Positions 54,600 through 64,000 of a DNA stretch of 64,000 bases are shown here, piece by piece. Each line of letters begins with the position of its first letter. Position 1 is the stretch's first letter. Under the pieces are notes generated by a model that saw only the letters and a program-made list of their open reading frames with translations, was not told the origin of the DNA and ran no database searches. The position numbers were made by a program, and so were the translations under genes. The DNA lies in NCBI GenBank assembly GCA_013239625.1, contig MU053557.1, positions 689,063 to 753,062 on the forward strand, given 5' to 3'. Origin of the DNA: Lama guanicoe (Eukaryota).

Positions 54600-55060
54600 A
54601 ATTTTTTTAATTTTTGAATAATTTAAGTCTTAAAGAAGAGTTGAAAAAAAATTGTACAAAGCCCTGCCTACCCTTCCTTCAGCCTCTCCTTATGTTAACA
54701 TTTTACACAACCATAAAAGTTACCAAAACTAAGACATTGACCTTAGTACAATACTGTTAGCTAAAGTACAGAACTTAATGGATTTCACCATTTTTCCCAA
54801 TAGTGTCCTTTCTATTTTAGAAGATCCTGTGCCCCCATCATATTATCTGTGACAGTGCCTTGGCCTTTCCCAATCTCTTAGGACCTTGACACTTTTGAAG
54901 CCAGTCAAAGTCAGTTACTTTGACTAATGCCTCCCAGTGTCTGATGTCTGATGCTTTCTTACGACTAGGTTGAGACTACACATTATTGGGAAGGATGCTG
55001 GAGAGGTGATGTGTCCTTCTCAGGGCTTCATATCAGGGTGGTACTTGGCGACAATACATC
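54600..55060 (-). mobile_element. Old LINE-1 (L1MC-like) 3' end
   Basis: ttgaataatttaagtcttaaagaagagttgaaaa...atgttaacattttacacaacc...gtacaatactgttagctaaagtacaga...gaccttgacacttttgaag. Confidence 0.65.
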
Positions 55061-56669
55061 ATTTTAAAATATCCCTCGGTACTATGTGATTGTTCAGGCT
55101 AGTGAGGAGATAAAAGAGGAAATGCATCTCTGAAGAGAACAACAGTTGGGTTGGTATAAACGGGAGGTGATGAGCTCTCATCCTTCTATCTTATTCTTTA
55201 CACTTGGAATCTACACTAGGTAGAACAAGCCAGATTCCTCTGTCAAGTCATGCATGGTGCCGGAGGTCCTCTTCTTAACTCTGAAATTCACTCCAAAGTG
55301 TCTTAAATTTCTGTTTGAACTTGATTTTTTGCTTTGATAGCCTGGGGCTACTGAGGGTGGAAAGAAAGGCTCTAAACGATTAAAAAAAAAATCCAAATAA
55401 TGCAGTTCCCCTCTGACCTTACTCATACTCTCAAAATGCTGTTCAGGAGCATTAAAGGATGGGATTGAAAACTCGACATACAACTTTCATTATGGTTGAT
55501 GTGGAAGCGTTATATTGAAGAACTCATGTCTGGGAATAACAGGCTATTACAGTAGAATCACTTGTCTTACAGGCAGCCTTGAATTTTATACATGTAGATT
55601 GGAAATTGCAATCAGATTAATTAAATATATAAGTCTTTTTTTATACTAATCCCTTCCTTAATCACTGACTTTGGTGGGTATTTTAATTATTTCAAGGAGC
55701 AAACAAGGCTTCAATATGAATAAAAATGAAAGGATTGTGAGTATAAAGACTTCATTGCTAGTGCTCCCCTGCTGAATATTGTGATTTCCTGGTTACCTGA
55801 TCTGCAATGAATTGTATGTCAGTGGCACAAAAGAGTACAATGCAATCATTCAGGGTGCCAGGTTTTGCCTACGAAGCATAAATATTTGAACATTTGCATT
55901 ACCATTTCTGAATGAGTGGATTAAGTAGCTATGAAATATTAACTCATGTTCTTTTGGGTATGATTGAACAATTACATTCAATCTTTACCCTCCCTCCCCA
56001 GGAAACACACGCACGCATGTGCGCGCACACACACAAATCCCTGTGTTCTATGAAATGTGAAAAGAATCTCATTTCAATGTCTTGCTTCACTTAACTGTGC
56101 CACGTCTATGATATGATACTGTAACCATGTTGCAGTTGAGAATTTAAGGTTCCCGCTCTGTTCTTTAGAGGAACAGTACATGAATGCACCCCACTTTCTC
56201 TAAAAGTTGTTAGTAAGTTGAAATTTATAAATTCAGAAGCAGAGCTGGCAATCTAAAGAGCTTGTGGGTTTTTTTTTTGGAAAGGGAAGGTTGTTTTTGA
56301 AATCTGTTTCATGTTTTGTAGACTAGCTATTGTTAATTATTAAGAGATATTAAAGCAAGATCCATTACATGGACTTCTAAAACCAGGAACTCCTTACTTA
56401 TCTAGAGACCATATACTGGCATTCTAGTTTACAGATAGGGGTCATGTTAGTCTTACCTATAAAATATATATAGTTCTTAGCAGGTGGCTTTTTCTAGAAA
56501 ATGATAAACATTTAACCATAACACAATTTATTATTATTATTGAATAAATTATGCAAACCATAGACAATTATCTTCGTCCCCCTACCCCAATAACGCATTT
56601 GCCAACTTCCCAACTAATGTGCTGCTATCGTGACATATTTTAAGTCTACATGTATTTTAAATCTCACCA

Positions 56670-57555
56670 GACATTATAATAATTTTAGTTTATTACAAAT
56701 AAACCTATATTGACATGCTATTTATTATTAAAGTACCTAATTTATTCAGACTCCCTTAATTTTTACCTAGCATTCTTTTTCAGTTCTAGGATCCCATCCA
56801 GGATACCATATTACATTTAGTTGTCTTATTTCCTTAGGTTCCTCTTGGCTGTTGGTTTTCTAATGATTAGGGTAGGGCTGTGGTCTTTTGAGGGGAAGAC
56901 CACATAAGTAAAGTGCCATTTTTATCATATCCTATCAAGGGTAAACACTCTCAACATGACATCACTTTTGACATTGATCTTAATCATTTGGCTGAGGGAG
57001 TGGTTGTCAGGTTTCTCTACTATAAATTTACTTTTTTCCCCCTTTTCCCACTGTATTCTTTGGAAAGAAGTCCTATGCCCACCCACACTTAAGGAGTGGA
57101 GATTTATCCTCCTCAAAGGTAGAATATCTACTTAAATTATTTGGAATTCTCTTGCATGGGAGATTTGTCTCTTCTTTCCCATTTATTTCTTTATTTAATC
57201 ATTTATTTATGTTATAGACATTTATTTTATACTTTGAATTACAGTGCAACTGTGCATCATAACTTTATTTTGTTGCTCCAGTTGTTTTGACTTTGACCAT
57301 GGGGAATACTTTCAGTTGACTCCTGTGTTCCTTTGACAAAGCTCTGTAATTGTGGGGTTTTTGTTTTTGTGTTTTGTCTTTTTTTTTAGCACTTCATTAT
57401 TTTCTGGTACTTCAAGATCCTCTAGACTTATTTTGAACATTTCCTTCCCCTGTCCTGGGATCAACCGTTTCCCTGAGAAGTCCTGGTTTCTTTTCTTGCA
57501 TAATGGTATTAGAAATAAAAATCTGAGTTCTAGGTGAGCTCATTGCTGCTGGGGT

Positions 57556-57598
<43 letters not shown>

Positions 57599-58010
57599 CA
57601 TACCTACATTTTATACAGATAGTGTAACCATCTTTATCTGTATTAAGCTAAATATGTCTTCATACTGATGTCTCTTACCCTAATCTTTCAAAGTATGGAT
57701 TGTTCTAGTTTCCTCCCTTCTTTTCTCTGTAAACTCCCTCTCCCACAGTGAGAAACTTGCTCCAACTATCTGCCATCCATTTACGTGATTGTTCAGTTCT
57801 CGTTTGCATGTATAGCAAATTCAGAATTGTTAACCTATACCCCGAGGACACAACTTTACCAACTAGAGAGAATAATGCTTATGTACAATTTCTTTTGTTT
57901 TAGTCTTACAGATTCCATTTATTTCCATAGTTACTTAGGTCAGCACGTTTTTTCTCCATCCTCTTCAGTGAGGTTGTTTCATACATTTGCAATATGATCA
58001 GATTGATTTG
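56670..58010 (-). mobile_element. Old LINE-1 (L1MC/MD-like) 3' region
   Basis: ctaggatcccatccaggataccatattacatttagttgtc...gggaagaccaca...tcatttggctgagg...aaattatttggaattct...tgcatgtatagcaaattcagaattgttaacctatac. Confidence 0.78.
57559..57590. repeat. (TA)16 microsatellite
   Basis: Uninterrupted TA run inside the L1 remnant. Confidence 0.95.
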
Positions 58011-59589
58011 GTTCTTCTCTCTCTCTTTTTACAAATACTTTTGTTTCATCATGTTTTACTTTGGTTATTTTTTTCTGACCTATGATCTGGTTCATTAACT
58101 CTCTCTCCAACTGGGCCTACTATACTATTAAAAACTTTCTTTGGGTTCTTGATTTTGATTGTTATAATTTTCCATTACATATTTTTATACTTAGTTCTTT
58201 TTGAAACAGTTTCTAGTTCCCTGTCAAAATTCTCAATTATGTCGATCATCTGTTTGAACATATTAAATATAATCTGTGTCTAATGACTTTATTATTTGGA
58301 TCCTATGTAACTTTGTTTATGTTATCTGTTTCCTTTTCCATTTGGTTTGTGATCCTTCTGTCTCATTTCTTCTTCTGCCTGTTTTTTTTAAATTGAATTC
58401 CAGACATTGTATTTAAAAAAATGTTAGGGTAAAGTGAGGTCTAAGATGGTCTTACTCTAAACGGAATTTATTTTTGCTTCTAGCAAAAGACTAGGGCCAC
58501 TAGAAGTCCTGGATTACCTTAAGCCAAATTCAAGGATTGAGATGATTTGAAACAGGACATCTGCCATTGTAAAGATTGATCTTTTTATGGTGGATAGCTT
58601 TTTTGAGGTACTCAAACCAAAGCATGGGGAATTTCCAGGTCTCCCCCTTCATGGTGGACTCAGGACTTTAATTTTTGTCTTTCTAACTCAACACTCTCAA
58701 AATCTCTGCTCAGCTTCTTAGTCATCTGTTTTGGATTGACCAGTGCCCAATGACTTCCTTAGAAAGAGGTGGTTGGGTCAAATGATCTGGAAGACCCTTG
58801 AGTATGGGGCACTGAATTGTGCTTAGACGTAGTTCCTACCTATTTCTATTTTAGCTGTGAGACTAAAAGTATACACAGGAAACACTGAGAGTCATTTGGG
58901 TGATAGAATGCTAAACTGCATCATATAGCCAAATAGAGAAAAGAAGAGTCTATGTTAAGTTGCACAATATAAAGAATAAGAACAAAACAGGTACATAAGG
59001 GAGGAACTGGTGAGGGTTGCTGTCCAAGTCATGGAATTGGACTGACTGGCTTCTTTTCCATTTTTACACTTCCACATCAGATATACTCTTTGGTCAGGTG
59101 GCTATGTCAATTTAGTCTATCTCAATTTTAACAAAATAACCCCTTTAATAAATTAAACCTGTGTTTTCGTTTGGGGTTGCAGAGATAGCTCTGTTTTTTA
59201 GGTATCTTCCCCAACGGGCCTTCAGAAGTGGACCACTTCCGATTTTCTCCCCTTCCCTTTTCAGATCTGCCAGAAGCCTTGGTGTGGTTAGAATTCTAGC
59301 TTTAACTTTGTGTATTGTTAACTGTGTGGCATTTTGAACTTCACATTCTTTATCAAATGAAATAAAATGTAATAGTGAAAGTGAAGCTTCTCTAAAGCTG
59401 AATCACTTATGAATTATGCATTATTAATATTACTTTGGCATGTCATCAGACTGTGAATTATGGGGGTAATGATAAGATTAGGAAAACTCCAGAGAAGGGA
59501 AAACAATGTTTATTATTCTGTTCAAAGTTGATTGAGACTCTCAAAAACCTGAATTGTAATTTCTTGCTTATTTATTCATTTAACTATTT

Positions 59590-60190
59590 ATTCATCCATT
59601 TACTTATTTAATAAATAATTACTGAGTGTCTTAAATGGGCCTGGCGTTGTGCTGGATGCTGGGAATTTCAGAGCAAATATGCATAAAATCTTTGTCTTTG
59701 AGGAGCTTACCGTCTAGTGGGGGAGATAAAAATTAATCAAAGAATCAGACTAATCAATTTGAAGTCACAACTGTGGTAGATACTTTCATGGAGAGGACTA
59801 TGTTATTATAGAAGTATATATACTGAGAGGATGGAAGATTTGGCCTGGTCAGAGAGGTTAGAGAAGACATCCTCAAGGAAGTGACGGTTGCTGTGAGACC
59901 TGAAGTGTAGGGTTGATGGATGAAGTAAGGGTATTCCAGGTAAAGGGACTATCATCTGCAAAATTTCTGAGGTGAGAGGAAGAATGACCTGTTCAAAGAT
60001 CTTAAAGAAGTCCAGAATGTCCGGAAGGCAGAGGCAAAGAGGAAGCGGAACATAAGATGGGTTTGAGAGACGTGCAAGGTCCAGACCCGGTAGTGCTTTG
60101 TGGCCATGGTGAGGATTCTGGTCTTCATCTCAAGGACATTGGGGGACCCACTGAAGTGTGCAGGGGAATGTTACAATCATAAGGATGCTG
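59590..60190 (-). mobile_element. L2 LINE 3' fragment
   Basis: ttcatccatttacttatttaataaataattactgagtg...gtgctggatgctggg...ggagcttaccgtctagtggggg...gggtattccaggtaaaggga. Confidence 0.72.
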
Positions 60191-61100
60191 TATTACAGAG
60201 GTTAGGTGATGTTTGGGCAGAGAGATGATCTTCATTGGCCTTCATGTCAGGTAGCTGAATACTCTATTTTCTGTCATTATGTTCACAGAGAAGAGTAATT
60301 TAATGTGAAATCCTCAATGCAAAGTGGGATTTGTAACTTTATGCCTTGGAGTGCATTATCCAAAAGGCACTGAATATAATTCTAGGTAGCATTAAAAAAT
60401 CATCAGACTACATCCATTTGCTCAATGACTAAATGGTGGCTATTTTGCAGAAGTCATTAGGCTAAAAACAAGCCAAATTTGGCTTTGAGTTACATCCACG
60501 AAACATTGATTTAAAGAGCAAAATATTGGGAATATTCAAACAATCAAATTCTTTCTTCAAAATGTTTAAAGTGTAATGGAACAAAAATAGATAATATAGA
60601 ACTTTGATTGTGTTCAGTATCTTATTAACGTTTTAAATGTTTGGTTTGTGTTGACTTAGGAAGAACTGAATGTAAGGTATTTTCTGTGCTGTCTTTAAGT
60701 CCCCTCAGATAAAACAGAATGACTAAATGGTAACTGATTTGACCAGCTGCCATCACAGTGTTCTCCCTAGCTCCTCCTGATTTCTTTTTTCCTACTCACC
60801 TCCCCTCTTCAGGCCCTCTGACTGCTGCGTTCTTCCCCTGACCTCACATCGCTTTGTTTGTTGAGCTCGCCCAGTATTTCCTCCTCTGGCTGTGTATTAG
60901 GAAGAACATGACCCCTGGAGTCATTTTTACACTGGTCTGGTTCTCAGCACCATTCGATGTCAACAATGTGATCTTGAGCAAATCACTGAGCTTTCTGCAA
61001 TTTGATTTTCTGTTACTCTAAATGTGAGACAGTGCTGGGCTACCTTACAGGGATACTATGGTAAATCAGGTGATTGTGCAAAAGTGCTTAACATAGTTTC

Positions 61101-61651
61101 TATGAGAATATATTTTCCAAAGGTGGCTGTAACAGTCCCATCCCCTATGTCCTTTTACAATGCAGTCAGCTACCTGACATCAGAAGGTGGGGCTCATGTC
61201 CACTCTGTGGCTCGTGACTGCTCTGACCACAGAGTATGATGGAAATAATGGCCTGTGACTTCCAAGGCTGGGTCATAAGAGGTACTGCAGCTTCTGCCTG
61301 TCTGATGGCATACTCTCTGCTGGTGTCCTGAGTTGACATGGAAGAAGTCTGATCACCCTGGAGAATCCCAAACACATGGACAGGCCACCTGTAGGTGCTT
61401 GGTTAAAAGCTCCAGTTGAAGTTCCAGCCAACAGCCAGCACTGGCTGCCAGTTGTGTAAGTGAAGGCACCTTCAATTGATTTCAGTTCCCAGTAATCAAG
61501 TCTCCCTAGCCAAGGCTCTGGACATCATGGAACACAGAAAACTATTCCCACTTTGCTGTTTGAATTCCTGGCCCATAGAATCTGTGAATGTGATCAAATA
61601 GTTGTTTCCTGCTAATTGTGGCATAGTTAGGTATCAGTAGTAACTGTAACA
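61101..61651 (+). mobile_element. MaLR LTR (MLT1H-like)
   Basis: ccaaaggtggctgtaaca...gtgactgctctgacca...tgtgacttccaaggctgggtcataaga...ccagccaacagccagca...gaattcctggcccatagaatctgtga...taactgtaaca. Confidence 0.78.
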
Positions 61652-61960
61652 GTTTTCAATAAATTCTAGCCATTATTACCATAAGTATGATTAGTATAAT
61701 TACCTACTTCACAGGGTAATTTTTATGTAGTACATTATCAGAAAAATAAGCAAACCAATCTTACTGATCATGAACATATAAAGTCTGGAAGAGGTTGTAG
61801 AATGTTTCTTTATTTTCTGACTAAGTCAGTCTTCAATGGGCATCTAAGAGCCCCTTCTCTCTCAGGCCTTCCTCCCATTTCTCTAATTTTCTTGCCATCT
61901 TTTTTGCCCACTGCTCCTCCTGTTTTGGCTCCATCTTGGTCTGGAGAAGGGGGTCTGAGC

Positions 61961-62169
61961 TTTTTTTTTTTTTTTTTTTAAAATAGTTATAGTCAGTTTA
62001 CAATGTTGTGTCAATTTCTAGTGTAGGGCACAATTTTTCAGTCATACGTGAACATATATATATTCACTTTCACATTTTTTTCACTGTGAGCCACCACAAG
62101 ATCTTGTATGTATTTCCCTGTGCTGTACAGTATAAACTTGTTTATCTATTCTACATATACCTGTCAGCA
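61961..62169 (-). mobile_element. Young 5'-truncated LINE-1 with TSD
   Basis: T19 tail; agtcagtttacaatgttgtgtcaatttc...ttccctgtgctgtacagtata; TSD TCTGAGCT at 61954-61961 and 62170-62177. Confidence 0.85.
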
Positions 62170-62231
62170 TCTGAGCTATCTGAATGCTCAGTAGCACTGG
62201 CCTCAAGAGGAGACGTGTGAACTTCGGATTC

Positions 62232-63130
62232 TTCATTTACGTCATAAATATTTTTTGAGCTCTTGTATGGTACTGGGATAACAGCAATCAGTAAAACAGA
62301 CAAGACAACCTTGCCCTGATGGAGCTTACATTCTGGTCTAGAAAAGTATATTCTAGTTTGGACCAAATAAATAACTAAAATCTGTAGTATTGTAATTGGG
62401 GATAAGTTCTATGGAGAGGCATATGGCAGAGGATTGAGAAGAATGTGGGGGCAGTGGTGCCATTTTAGAGAGAGTGGCCAAGGGTGACCTCATGGTAATG
62501 ATGGTGATGGAATTCTAGTAAAATTTTAAAAGAGGCAAAAGAGAGAGCCTTATAGGTATCTAGAGAATTTATTTTGCGCAGAAGGACCAGGAAGAACAAA
62601 GGCCTGAGGTGGGAGTAGGTATGAGTGTTTAAGGAACAACAAGGAGACCAGAGAGGCTGAAGCTGAGTGAGTGAGCAGAAAACGGGCAGGAGATGCGGGC
62701 AGAGAGGCATGTGGGCTACATGGTGTCAAGCCTGGTATGACATGGTGAGGACCTTGACTTCAACTCTGAGACCGGAAAACAATGGGAGGTTTTGAGCAGA
62801 GAAATAGTGACATCTGACTTTCACTTTAACAGGCTGCTTCTTACAGTTGTGTTGGAAGTAGACTGAAGACGGACAAGGGTGAAAGCAGGGAGGCGAGTCA
62901 GGTCTCCACGGCCGATTTTCTGGGCAGGGCACAAATACGATGTGGGCTGTGGTAGCAGCAATGGAGAAGGTGAGAAATGGCCTCTGGCTGTGGTGATGAA
63001 TTAGAAGACTCAAAGGTGCCTTCATGGTTTCTGTTTGGACAACTAGAAGCCTATAATGACCAAAAAAAGGGAAGACTGTTGGAGAGAAGTCTGAATTTTG
63101 GAATGTTGAGGTTAGGATGCCTGTTAATCT
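62232..63130 (-). mobile_element. L2 LINE fragment
   Basis: aaatattttttgagctc...ccttgccctgatggagcttacattctgg...caaaggcctgaggtggga...gaggttttgagcagagaaatagtgacatctgac. Confidence 0.8.
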
Positions 63131-63269
63131 CCATGGCAGAAGAAACTTTTTAAAGCTAAATACTGCCTGCCTCTCCTAAAAAAAATAAAAAATAAAAATC
63201 AGTATTATGATGTTAATAGACTACCACTTTTATTTAGTCTTATCAAAGATCCTGACCATATAAATAAGA

Positions 63270-63780
63270 TTAAGTTGCTTTCCTAATTGAAACTATCCAA
63301 TGGCTTCTCACCATCTCTAGAATAAAATCTAAGTTTTGCGGTTTTTTTACCTGAGTCTCCAAGACCTTTCCTGTGTGTGTTGCCTTGTGATACCATCCTC
63401 TTCATTCATTATGTTGCTTCTACAGGGGTCTCTTGATCATGCCAAGACTGCTTCAGTCTTAGGGACTTACAATTGCTAGTCTCTCTTTCTGGAATATTCT
63501 TTCCACTTTTTCTTTTGTACTAGAGACTCTTTCTGATCATTCAGATTGCAGACCATGTATTAGCTCCTCAAAAAGCTCCTTTGTAATCATCATTTTCTTC
63601 ATCGTACTTCTCATCCTATGAAACTATTCACTTACTTATTTATACATTCATTGATTAACTCTCCCCGCCCCTCCTCCACAGGGTATCTTATCTGATTAGT
63701 TTGCCACTGTCGTCCCAGCACCTAATACAATATCTGGCACATTCTAGGCACTCAGGAAATATCTGTTAAATAAGTGAACA
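63270..63780 (+). mobile_element. L2 LINE 3' fragment
   Basis: ccaatggcttctcaccatctctagaataaaatc...tctggaatattct...cccagcacctaatacaatatctggcacattctaggcactcaggaaatatctgttaaataagtgaa. Confidence 0.7.
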
Positions 63781-64000
63781 GAAGTAGGAAGAAAAGAAGG
63801 ACGTAGAGAGAAAAAACACTATTCTCTCTCATAGTCAAATAAAAAAAGCATATATCACATACTGTCTTTATGTTGGCTCCAATTTTGCCTCCATTGAGTA
63901 ATGTGTTATGTTATAGACCTTACACATTGCAAAGTATTTCTTGTGGGTTTTTGAACTAAGAATACAAGGTCAGATCATTTCTACTTTATTAAATTAAGGC

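Overview
Mammalian (eutherian) genomic DNA, most likely a camelid judging from a tRNA-derived Vic-1-type SINE and young L1 3' ends (inference). The window holds one recognisable gene on the + strand: KCTD16, an auxiliary GABA-B receptor subunit. Its first coding exon (26154-27305, ATG 26474) encodes the BTB/T1 and H1 domains. It is preceded by a CpG island (~24850-25350) and a perfect splice donor at 25785, which together suggest a proximal promoter and non-coding exon. Everything after 27305 is the start of a very long intron; the H2-encoding last exon is not in the window. The rest is intronic sequence full of old L2, MIR, L1, MaLR/ERV LTR and hAT remnants. I found no prokaryote-style system and no second protein-coding gene, and I cannot support a wholly new biological system here. 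The most notable observations are a TSD-flanked, non-repeat-looking poly(A) retro-insertion splitting a MIR, a uORF-dense leader with alternative acceptors, a possible H2-less read-through isoform, several candidate 5'UTR cassette exons and CTCF-like sites. Repeat family names and boundaries were assigned by eye and are approximate.
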